Source: Escherichia phage vB_Eco_Maverick
DNA length: 42,624 bases
Direction: 5' to 3' (one strand)
Sequence record: NC_073077.1
The notes under the pieces are model-generated. The model saw only the letters and a program-made list of their open reading frames with translations. It searched no databases and was not told the origin of the DNA. Position numbers and translations under genes: made by a program. Of this stretch, positions 18,917 through 26,352 are shown piece after piece. Within the stretch, counting starts at the first letter, position 1, and every line of letters begins with the position of its first letter.

Positions 18917-19083
18917 TGCTTTATCCTCACTACGGCGTCAGCGCTGCCGATCATGGAGAAGATGCCGTCTGACAGGGTGATCTCTTCGCCGTTGTTGCGA
19001 ATCTCGGCAACTGTGAAATATTCCCCCAGTAGCTTGGACCATACTTTCATCCCGACTTTTACTTCGCTGGCTTTAATACGCAT
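18913..19083 (-). CDS. small hypothetical protein
   Basis: 56-aa ORF (below the track cutoff) MRIKASEVKVGMKVWSK..., AGGA Shine-Dalgarno, stop overlaps the polymerase start. Confidence 0.3.
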   Translation of the reverse strand: MRIKASEVKVGMKVWSKLLGEYFTVAEIRNNGEEITLSDGIFSMIGSADAVVRIKQ

Positions 19084-19096
19084 TTTTCATTGTCCT

Positions 19097-19122
19097 ATTA
19101 AAAAGCCCGCATTAAGCGGGCT
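19097..19122 (-). terminator. minus-strand rho-independent terminator after the SSB-like gene
   Basis: On the minus strand agcccgc-ttaat-gcgggct followed by ttttt. Confidence 0.65.
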
Positions 19123-19141
19123 TGAATAGTGGGCTTTGCCC

Positions 19142-19924
19142 TTAACGGCGGCGACGTTTACGTGGCGCTTCGTCTTCGTCGTCGTCCTCATCTTCGTCAT
19201 CGCGTGGCTTACGACGTTTGCGAGGTTTTTCATCTTCCTCATCGTCGTCGTCATCGCGGCGCTTGGATTTCTTGGACTTGCGCGGCTTGTCATCTTCATC
19301 ATCGTCATCACGACGTTTTGACTTCTTAGCCTTGCGCGGTGCTTCGTCTTCGTCGTCGTTGTCCAGGTCTTCATCGGAGCAAGAAGACCCGCCACCGCCG
19401 AAGGCTTCACCGTCATCACGGAAGCGTAAACCCAGCAAGCCAGCACCGAGTCCCTTGCCGTTGGTGTTGTTCCACGCCCAAATATCAAGGGACACGTTGC
19501 AATAACAACCAGAGTAGATCTCCTGGCCTTCAATCTCGTCGCCGTCGATGGTCAGACCTTGTTCAGTCTGCTTCTCGCCGAGTGACGTTTGAATGATTGG
19601 TTGTTTGAACGATTTGGCGTTGATATACAACATGCCTTCGAATTCTTCGGTTACTTCATCGCGCTCGTCGCCGTCGCGCACTGCGCATTCCTTAGAATCC
19701 TGGGCGTAGTGGCGGTCCATCCACTTATCGGCATTCTTCTCGGATTTCAGCTTGTCGGTGAGCACTGCGCGCGCTGCCGCTTCCACTTTGTCCACCTGCG
19801 GATCTTCTTTATCCAGAAGAATCACGGCACGGTATGCCGGTTTTTGTCCATCCTGTTTAGGGGTATCACGTTCCCAAATTTTCAGGAAACATACGCGCAC
19901 ATTTTTCAGGTTGACTTTAGCCAT
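19142..19924 (-). CDS. DUF2815-like single-stranded DNA-binding protein with repetitive charged C-terminal tail
   Basis: N-terminus MAKVNLKNVRVCFLKIWE matches the conserved start of DUF2815 proteins found beside DUF2800 nucleases and PolA; C-terminal 90 aa are alternating poly-D/E and poly-K/R blocks encoded by DNA tandem repeats. Confidence 0.65.
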   Translation of the reverse strand: MAKVNLKNVRVCFLKIWERDTPKQDGQKPAYRAVILLDKEDPQVDKVEAAARAVLTDKLKSEKNADKWMDRHYAQDSKECAVRDGDERDEVTEEFEGMLYINAKSFKQPIIQTSLGEKQTEQGLTIDGDEIEGQEIYSGCYCNVSLDIWAWNNTNGKGLGAGLLGLRFRDDGEAFGGGGSSCSDEDLDNDDEDEAPRKAKKSKRRDDDDEDDKPRKSKKSKRRDDDDDEEDEKPRKRRKPRDDEDEDDDEDEAPRKRRRR

Positions 19925-20014
19925 TTTCCAATTCCTCATTTTCACATGCATCGGGGTTATTGGAAGCCACCCCGTTCGGCTTGGTTGCCAATTTACTTGG
20001 TTGCGCCTAAGCGG

Positions 20015-20257
20015 TCAAGCATTTTCATTAAAAAGATTTCTGGTAACGTAGTCGGTAGCGTTCTCGATCCAGCTTAATGGCGGGCGGTCGATATTCTTCT
20101 CCACCCAATCGGCGGCAGCGTCGCTATAACCGTCATCCAGCCAGCGGGTCGGATGCCGAATCATCCACGCCACCATTAACACGCCATGCACACAATGCAG
20201 GATAAAGCACAGCGCGCCGATAACAAACATCAATAATATTGCGAATACTTTATTCAT
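20015..20257 (-). CDS. small membrane protein
   Basis: 80 aa with two hydrophobic helices (VFAILLMFVIGALCFILHCVHGVLMVAWMI). Confidence 0.4.
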   Translation of the reverse strand: MNKVFAILLMFVIGALCFILHCVHGVLMVAWMIRHPTRWLDDGYSDAAADWVEKNIDRPPLSWIENATDYVTRNLFNENA

Positions 20258-21680
20258 TGCTTAAGTCCTCGTCAGTAGCTACAGACCACGCAGGGCGCGG
20301 GTCGTCGATGGGTGCTAATACCGGTTTAGCTGGTGCGCGCGTTATTTTATCACACAACTTTGCCCACACTTTCGGCTTCTCGTCCTTCAGTACCTTCTCG
20401 GCATCAGTAGGGCTGAGTAATGTTTCTTTGTACATAACATCGCGCTTGATCCGGGCCTTCGTGAAGATTTCAATCACTTCGCTTTCGTCCGCCCACTTGC
20501 GGATCCCTTCCTTACCGGCAACCATTTTGAGGCCCAGAGATTCGCCTTCGCCAGCCATAACCGCCTTGAATACCGCGGACTCTATAGCCTTGATGTGCTG
20601 GCGCATTGCGTCTAAACCTTCATATGCCTTGCGCAGTTCTGCGGCGGTCATAGCGCCTGGGGCCGCTTCTTTCTTACCACGCTTCGCACGTCGTGCCGCT
20701 TTGCGGGCTTCGCGGGCCATATTGCGGTCGTGATTGGCGCATTCTTCCTCTGTCGCAATACTCACGTCGTCGCCCAGGTCTTCGTCTGTTGCCGTTGGTG
20801 GGGCCATCGTGTCGATTGCGGCCTTAGCGCGGGCGCTACACTGATCCGCAAATCTGCACCACTGACACGCATCAACGCTCGGTCGGAAGTCGGCGCGGGT
20901 GAGTCCTTTCTTACCGCGGGCGTACGCTTCCAGGGCGGCGATAGCACGCTTGGACGCAAACTTCGCGAATATCTCCAGGGCTTCTACCGAAATATCCCAC
21001 TCCGACGCCCCGCCGCAATACGGCTGGAAGATAACCAGGCGCACGGTCGTAATGTCGTACATGGTTTTCAGCTTGCGCAGCAGGCCCAGCGCATACAACA
21101 TAAGCTGTTTGTTTTCTTTCGCCTCGACCTTATGCCGCCCAGTCTTCAGGTCGCCAACAATCAGCATGTACGTGCCGTCGGTCTTCTTCATGACCATGAC
21201 CATATCTGCAGTACCGAACGTCTTAACCCGGTTGCCGTCGATCTCGAAGCCAGAGTGTAGGACGCGGGTCAGATCGGCGCGCATCTCAAGCTGAACAAAC
21301 TCCGCCACTTCGAGGAGCGGTCGCCAGTGGTCGATGTATGCGTCGCACTGTTTCACCATGTCGTCGTTGACCAGCACGCCGCCTTTCGGTGCTTTCGGGT
21401 GTGCCTTTACCGGTCCCTTACCCTCGTTCTCGACGTAGCACCCTTTGTACGTCTTCGCGGTTATCAGCTTCTCACCGGCAATGATGCGGTTGAGCACGAC
21501 TTCAGATACGGTGTGCATACTCGTACCGTTAATCGCCGCTTGCCCTGATTCGTTCGGGATATCTTTTTCCACCACCAGGGCGGCGGGGCAACCCATCCAT
21601 TTTTTAGCACCGGATGGGCCGAGTAATGAGTGTTCCGTGTTGCTGCCGGATTGCGTTTTACGTTTTGGTTTAATCGCCAT
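20250..21680 (-). CDS. DUF2800-like PD-(D/E)xK exonuclease (Cas4/RecB-like)
   Basis: N-terminal HSLLGPSGAKKWMGCPA signature, central D...E-x-K region, and C-terminal Cys cluster CQWCRFADQC; adjacent to DUF2815-like and PolA genes. Confidence 0.75.
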   Translation of the reverse strand: MAIKPKRKTQSGSNTEHSLLGPSGAKKWMGCPAALVVEKDIPNESGQAAINGTSMHTVSEVVLNRIIAGEKLITAKTYKGCYVENEGKGPVKAHPKAPKGGVLVNDDMVKQCDAYIDHWRPLLEVAEFVQLEMRADLTRVLHSGFEIDGNRVKTFGTADMVMVMKKTDGTYMLIVGDLKTGRHKVEAKENKQLMLYALGLLRKLKTMYDITTVRLVIFQPYCGGASEWDISVEALEIFAKFASKRAIAALEAYARGKKGLTRADFRPSVDACQWCRFADQCSARAKAAIDTMAPPTATDEDLGDDVSIATEEECANHDRNMAREARKAARRAKRGKKEAAPGAMTAAELRKAYEGLDAMRQHIKAIESAVFKAVMAGEGESLGLKMVAGKEGIRKWADESEVIEIFTKARIKRDVMYKETLLSPTDAEKVLKDEKPKVWAKLCDKITRAPAKPVLAPIDDPRPAWSVATDEDLSNE

Positions 21681-21868
21681 TATTCCACCCTTGAAAATTG
21701 AGCAATGTAATAATCGTGTTCAACATTGGCCCGCTTCGCGGCTTCGTTCATGGTCGAGGCGAGTTCGCAGGCTTGCGTCCAGCAACGGATACAGTCCACA
21801 TTCATAACAATTTCCGGTTGCTCGTCGCCGGTAATACGGCAACGAAATAAAACAAAGAATATAGCCAT
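21680..21868 (-). CDS. hypothetical protein
   Basis: 62-aa ORF, start overlaps the stop of the upstream gene. Confidence 0.35.
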   Translation of the reverse strand: MAIFFVLFRCRITGDEQPEIVMNVDCIRCWTQACELASTMNEAAKRANVEHDYYIAQFSRVE

Positions 21869-22120
21869 TTATTTTGTCTCCCAGCGGTCAATTGTTTTTG
21901 CTTCGGATGCAACTGCGAAGCGAACATATTCCAGATTGGAATCCGCCCAAATATAAAAGTCGGGATTAGTAAAGGTGGTGCGCTTAATTTGCGCGGGGGT
22001 ATTGCGGCGCTTGTCTATTACGGCAACGCGTGACTTAAAATTGCCGATGCGTTCGAATAGCCAATAATATGGGCGCTGGTCGCGGGAGTCCACCGCCTCG
22101 ATTAGCGTGAAACGTGCCAT
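21869..22120 (-). CDS. hypothetical protein
   Basis: 83-aa ORF with GAGGA Shine-Dalgarno, preceded by a minus-strand terminator. Confidence 0.45.
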   Translation of the reverse strand: MARFTLIEAVDSRDQRPYYWLFERIGNFKSRVAVIDKRRNTPAQIKRTTFTNPDFYIWADSNLEYVRFAVASEAKTIDRWETK

Positions 22121-22132
22121 TGTCTCGTCCTC

Positions 22133-22160
22133 TAAAAATAGGCCCGCAGATTAGCGGGCC
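22133..22160 (-). terminator. minus-strand rho-independent terminator
   Basis: On the minus strand ggcccgc-taatct-gcgggcc followed by tattttt. Confidence 0.65.
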
Positions 22161-22168
22161 GGATAATA

Positions 22169-22294
22169 TTAATCTTCACCGCCGAGTTGTCTGTAAACCT
22201 CGTCCGGGTCGTCGCCTCTTTCTTCGCAGAAGGCGGTGAATGCCGCCCAATTTTCCGCTATGAAATCGAGCATGATTCTCATTTCATAGTCCAT
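22169..22294 (-). CDS. small hypothetical acidic protein
   Basis: 41-aa ORF MDYEMRIMLDFIAENWAAF... found by eye, below the track cutoff. Confidence 0.3.
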   Translation of the reverse strand: MDYEMRIMLDFIAENWAAFTAFCEERGDDPDEVYRQLGGED

Positions 22295-22298
22295 GATA

Positions 22299-22812
22299 TT
22301 AATCTTCCAGTTCGAAATAGGTTTCGACGATTTCTTTTAACTCTGTGTGGAAGTCTTCGACGTCGTCATCTTCCAGCTTGGCGATTGATTTTATCTCGAA
22401 CGATTCCAGCAGGTCGTCGAATTCGTCGTTCGCATCGTCGTCATCACCACCGGCGATAATCGCGGCATACTGTTTGATTTCGTCGCGCATCTCCGCCAGC
22501 GGATCGGCATCTTTCTTGCCTTTGCCTTTCGCTTTTTTAGCCTTAGCCGGTTTTTCGTCTTCGGCGTCTTCGTCGTCGTCATCTTCTACGACTTCTTTTT
22601 TGGCCTTACCCTTCGCCGGTGCTTTTTTAGCTTTAGCCGGTTTTTCGTCTTCGGCTTCATCGTCGCCATCTTCGACAACTTCTTTTTTGGCCTTAGACGG
22701 CTTCTTGTCGTCCTGCTTACCAACGGCAGCGCCAACGGTTTCATAATGCTTAGCGATGACTTCCAGTGCTACTACGCCGCGAGTGATCAGGTTTACGATT
22801 TGCTCAAACATG
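22299..22812 (-). CDS. charged-repeat protein (acidic blocks alternating with Lys/Ala-rich blocks)
   Basis: Start at MFEQIVNL with GGAG Shine-Dalgarno 8 nt upstream; contains two near-identical ~78-bp DNA repeats (22531-22608 and 22621-22696) encoding KKEVVEDxDDEAEDEKPAKAKKA; the longer frame to 22991 lacks an RBS. Confidence 0.55.
22531..22696. repeat. intragenic tandem repeat, two ~78-bp units with a ~90-bp period
   Basis: gcttttttagccttagccggtttttcgtcttcggc... repeated with a few substitutions. Confidence 0.8.
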
Positions 22813-23048
22813 GTATATCTCCGATTGGTTAAGTTTAGGTGTCGGCAGTTAACTTCGTCGGTGGCCTTAACATATTGCCAGGTTGCGCGTTCTCCCGTTC
22901 GGGTAGTGGACCTGGTTATATAATCACGGTTGGGAATCCTGACACTTCGATCCGGCCCCTGCGTTGCCCCTCTCCAGTTTGCGTCCTGCATCCTGTCGAC
23001 GGAGTGAATGATAGATTGGTTGCAGGATGGGTGTCAACAACTAATTTC

Positions 23049-23112
23049 AAAAAAAAAGCGCCGAGGCAAAATGCGACGGCGCTAACCAATAAGAGACAAT
23101 GAGACGGGAATT
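23049..23112 (-). ncRNA. candidate small RNA (~60 nt) ending in a strong minus-strand terminator
   Basis: Minus-strand hairpin gcgccg-N13-cggcgc followed by U9 (plus 23049-23082) with an upstream minus-strand TTGAAA-N17-AATAAT promoter (plus 23113-23141); no minus-strand gene lies upstream. Confidence 0.25.
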
Positions 23113-23141
23113 ATTATTACACGCGTGCGCGCCCGTTTCAA
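23113..23141 (-). promoter_or_regulatory. candidate sigma70-like promoter for the putative small RNA
   Basis: Minus strand TTGAAA (plus 23136-23141), 17-nt spacer, AATAAT (plus 23113-23118). Confidence 0.3.
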
Positions 23142-23213
23142 TATCCAAAGGATTTGACACCATGCAGTTTTAGGTGTAGTTTCGTTGGTCATTAACCAAC
23201 AGGAGACTGAATT

Positions 23214-23543
23214 ATGAATATCAAAGAAGCAATTGAAGTGTTATCTAATGCAATCCGCGGCGAAGCGGGTAAATCCTGGTATTACACAAATGCGGTGGAT
23301 ACTCTGTTATTTGAAGTGTCCAGATTATCGCGTGCTGAGAAGGAGCTTACCGCGAAGCTGGAATTGCTCAACGGCACGGCAGCAAGCAAGCTGCAAAAAC
23401 ACAATGAAGAAATGGAAGAATACAAAAAGCAGGTTATCCGTTTGCGCAATGAGGGAAAGTCATGGGCAATGATCGCCGAGTTGACCGGAATTAATCAGAG
23501 CACAGTGCGCTCCTGGGTACGCAATAATAAAACTTCAAAGTAA
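23214..23543 (+). CDS. helix-turn-helix DNA-binding protein (putative transcriptional regulator)
   Basis: 109 aa with coiled-coil centre and C-terminal HTH (KSWAMIAELTGINQSTVRSWV); AGGAG Shine-Dalgarno; first gene of the plus-strand block. Confidence 0.55.
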   Translation: MNIKEAIEVLSNAIRGEAGKSWYYTNAVDTLLFEVSRLSRAEKELTAKLELLNGTAASKLQKHNEEMEEYKKQVIRLRNEGKSWAMIAELTGINQSTVRSWVRNNKTSK

Positions 23544-23553
23544 GGCAACGGCA

Positions 23554-25818
23554 ATGAGCTTGATTAAATTCGCTGTAACACGACCCGCTAAAAAAGGCGA
23601 AAAAGCCAGGGCGGAAAACTTCCAGATGACTACCGAAGAGTTTTTCGAATTTATCAATGATGCGAAAGAAATCTCCTCGGTGCATATCAACAAAACGGAA
23701 GATAAAGCGGAGTATGCGCGCCGCAAGCGTAAGGCTGATGGGATTGTGGCTTATACCAGTGACGGATTACGCCGCAAGACCAGTGCGGTGGATCGCTCGA
23801 TCCTGTTCTTCGATATTGACCGTACCGACACCCGCACCCTGCGCCGCTGCCGTAAGGCGTTCATCGACGCGGGACTGGAACATGTATTTCACACCACAAC
23901 CGGCGATCGCCACCCGCTGAAAGGTGGCACGCGTTGCGCTCGTTTCCTGGTGCTCACTGACAAGCCTGTACCGGCTGAAGACCTGGGCCGCGTCCAGTAT
24001 GCACTATTACACCAACTGGGCCTGTCAGATGTGGACTTCGACGATTGCACGAAAGACACAAACCGCCTTATGTACCTGCCTCACCAGCAATCGGTTGTTA
24101 AGTGTCACTACGGCAAACGTGCCCGCGTCCGTCGTCTGCTGCGCCTGGCGGATAAGCTGGGAGTGGAAAAAGAGGAAGTACGCCGCGAACTAACCCAGGG
24201 CGATGACGGCGTGGCGGACGGCATTCTGGATTGGTGCTTCCAGGCCGGATTCGAACCGCTGTCGTCCGGTCGTGGTTATGAAGTGCCATGCCCGAACGAA
24301 CATCTGCACAGCGGCGAAGGGTCGACGGCTATCATGGTCAAGGATGGCGAGATCCGTTTCAAGTGTATGCACACCGGCAACGAGTGTTGCTCGGAACTGA
24401 ACAGACACCAGCACCTGGCGCTACGTCTTATCGGGATCCCGGACCACCTGAACGTCGAACCGCACAACATGTCACGTAAGCAAATAGCCGCCATCCTCCC
24501 AGGTCTGGACGACGAGGAAGTGGAATCGTGCTATGAACATATCGTTGATGCGGTTGGCGACGGCGACGAGTACGGCGGATGTACGGACGCAGACCTGGAC
24601 AACGAGCCGGTTGCACTGTTCAGTAAACACGACCCGATCATCGAGGGGTTGATTAACTTCAAATCGACCTGGTATATGGCGGGCGAGTCGAACATCGGTA
24701 AATCGTTCTACGTGCTGGGCCAAATGGGTGCTGTTGCCGCGGGTATTCCGTTCGGTGGTGCGAAGGTCGTCCAGTCTCATTGCTTCTATTTCGACGCGGA
24801 AGGTGGCGAAGCCTCCAACCAGCGTAAGGAAGCATTGCAGATTAAATATGAGCACGACCTGGACAAGCTGCACATTATCGATCTGCAATCACGCGGCTGG
24901 GATATCACCAGCAAATCCGGCTTGCGTGAAGTTATCAGCTTCATCAACCGCACCGCTAACGGCGAGCCGGTTGGCCTGGTGGCGTTCGACTCACTCAACC
25001 AGACTGTTGCGCTGCGGTCCGCCGATGCTAAACCGTTCGACGAGAACAACGCCAGCGATATGGGCGAAGTGGTCAAAGCGCTGAAGGCCATTGCGGAAAA
25101 TACAGGCGGCAGTGCGGGCGTCATCCACCACCCGGCGAAAGGTGCAAACGGCAGCAGATCCCCCCGCGGGTCCGGCGCGCTGCATGGTGCTGTTGATTCT
25201 GCGTTCTTCCTGGAACAGCCGGACGACAACCAGCCCGGACAACTGAACCTGTATCACGAGAAGGCACGTAACGGCATCAAGCAAGCGCCGCGCGGATTCG
25301 TCCTGCTCAAGTGCAAGGTTAAGGTGGATCTCCGCAAGTCCGAGGCGTTCGAAGCCCACCAGTCCACCAGCACCGGGCCGGACTTCGGTGACGTCGTTGC
25401 CGGTTGGGACGTCAAGCCGATTGCATCCACGCCTCGCGACGAGACTCTTTACCTCGTACCTGTCGCCCTGGCACCGTTCGCTATCGAACAGGCGAAGGCA
25501 GCGGGCAAGGCCGCAGTTAAGGAAGAGAACACCGCCGGACCGCGCACCGAAAAAGAAAAGGTACTTTACGCGGCCCTGGAAAAACTGATGGAAGATAACC
25601 CGGACCATACCGGATTCAGCAAATCGGCAATTGTCCGCCAGGCTGGGCTTGCGAAAGGTGGCACATCGACGAAGGCAATTGACGATATGGTCGAGCGCGG
25701 CGTGCTAGGTTTTTATACAGACCCACACACCGGGGCCATCTATGGGTCGTCGAATATCGTCATCAAAACGAATATACCCATCACGCTTTCGGCGACCGAC
25801 GACGACCTGAAAGATTAA
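23554..25818 (+). CDS. DNA primase-helicase (primase-polymerase-like N-terminus, RecA/DnaB-type ATPase, C-terminal DNA-binding region)
   Basis: N-terminal acidic motif FFDIDRTD and a Cys/His cluster (CPNEHLH...C..H); Walker A GESNIGKSFYVLG and Walker B LVAFDSLNQ; C-terminal winged-helix-like segment FSKSAIVRQAGLAKGG. Confidence 0.75.
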   Translation: MSLIKFAVTRPAKKGEKARAENFQMTTEEFFEFINDAKEISSVHINKTEDKAEYARRKRKADGIVAYTSDGLRRKTSAVDRSILFFDIDRTDTRTLRRCRKAFIDAGLEHVFHTTTGDRHPLKGGTRCARFLVLTDKPVPAEDLGRVQYALLHQLGLSDVDFDDCTKDTNRLMYLPHQQSVVKCHYGKRARVRRLLRLADKLGVEKEEVRRELTQGDDGVADGILDWCFQAGFEPLSSGRGYEVPCPNEHLHSGEGSTAIMVKDGEIRFKCMHTGNECCSELNRHQHLALRLIGIPDHLNVEPHNMSRKQIAAILPGLDDEEVESCYEHIVDAVGDGDEYGGCTDADLDNEPVALFSKHDPIIEGLINFKSTWYMAGESNIGKSFYVLGQMGAVAAGIPFGGAKVVQSHCFYFDAEGGEASNQRKEALQIKYEHDLDKLHIIDLQSRGWDITSKSGLREVISFINRTANGEPVGLVAFDSLNQTVALRSADAKPFDENNASDMGEVVKALKAIAENTGGSAGVIHHPAKGANGSRSPRGSGALHGAVDSAFFLEQPDDNQPGQLNLYHEKARNGIKQAPRGFVLLKCKVKVDLRKSEAFEAHQSTSTGPDFGDVVAGWDVKPIASTPRDETLYLVPVALAPFAIEQAKAAGKAAVKEENTAGPRTEKEKVLYAALEKLMEDNPDHTGFSKSAIVRQAGLAKGGTSTKAIDDMVERGVLGFYTDPHTGAIYGSSNIVIKTNIPITLSATDDDLKD

Positions 25819-25829
25819 ATTTTGCGTGT

Positions 25830-25928
25830 ATTGGTTGCCGATATGGGAATTCCCATATCGCTAAACGGTTAATTTGTGCGCGCATTGGTTGCCATTTTGA
25901 GTGTTTTTATCTGGTCGTATTGGTTGCC
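25830..25928 (+). repeat. three direct ATTGGTTGCC repeats flanking a perfect 20-bp palindrome
   Basis: ATTGGTTGCC at 25830, 25884 and 25919; GATATGGGAATTCCCATATC at 25840-25859. Confidence 0.8.
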
Positions 25929-25978
25929 GTGTAGTGTAAATATAATGAATAGTTATGCAGTTTTATTGCATAAAGTAG

Positions 25979-26128
25979 GCGGGACAGAAAGCGGGACAAA
26001 CAGGGGGCGGGACAAAGCGGGACAGCACCCCCGTCCCGCCCCGGATGACGCGGCTTCCAGAGGAGCGGGACAGCGGGACAGCACCCCAGTCTTTCAGACT
26101 AGACGGGGGTCAACGGCCCCCCTCGTCT
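25979..26128. repeat. iteron cluster: six direct GCGGGACA octamers plus one inverted copy, ending in a 28-nt GC hairpin (internal copy)
   Basis: GCGGGACA at 25979, 25991, 26007, 26017, 26065, 26073; inverted GTCCCGC at 26033; hairpin agacgggggtcaacggcccccctcgtct at 26101-26128; TGCATAAA box at 25967. Confidence 0.85.
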
Positions 26129-26295
26129 GAGACTGAATAAAATCCGGGGATTGCAAAATACACGGCAGCATGATGCGAAGTGCGGTCGTCGATGAACTAG
26201 GCAACCAATGCGGGTTGTATTATGCTGAGTGAAAAATGCAGTTTTCAGCCACAGCTGATATCGATCAACTTTTTCATGCGCGTGATTAATATTGG

Positions 26296-26324
26296 TTGCA
26301 TTCACCCCAGCACCCTGCTATATT
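26296..26324 (+). promoter_or_regulatory. sigma70-like promoter TTGCAT-N17-TATATT inside ATTGGTTGCA motifs
   Basis: TTGCAT 26296-26301, 17-nt spacer, TATATT 26319-26324, about 28 nt upstream of ATG 26353. Confidence 0.4.
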
Positions 26325-26352
26325 GGTTGCACACCAACATGAGGACTGAACA

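Noticed and set aside
22813-22991. N-terminal extension of the charged-repeat gene to ATG 22991 (230-aa version)
   Set aside because: No Shine-Dalgarno at 22991, whereas the internal ATG at 22812 has GGAG at ideal spacing; the extension is Arg-rich and looks like untranslated leader
24991-25608. 205-aa minus-strand ORF inside the primase-helicase gene (also 24472-24888 and 24786-25229)
   Set aside because: Antisense to a gene with Walker A/B motifs; all surrounding genes are on the plus strand
25979-26080. Possible CRISPR array suggested by repeated GCGGGACA units
   Set aside because: Units are only 8 nt with irregular spacing of 2-40 nt, far from the 25-40 nt repeats and regular spacers of CRISPR arrays; no cas genes are present
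26101-26128. GC-rich 28-nt hairpin read as a rho-independent terminator
   Set aside because: Neither strand has a T/U run after the stem, so intrinsic termination is unlikely; more consistent with a structural or protein-recognition element
25876-26130. 84-aa plus-strand ORF spanning the internal iteron cluster
   Set aside because: Its sequence (…GTESGTNRGRDKAGQHP…VFQTRRGSTAPLV) is simply the translation of the GCGGGACA iterons and hairpin; it has no RBS and the region behaves as structured non-coding DNA
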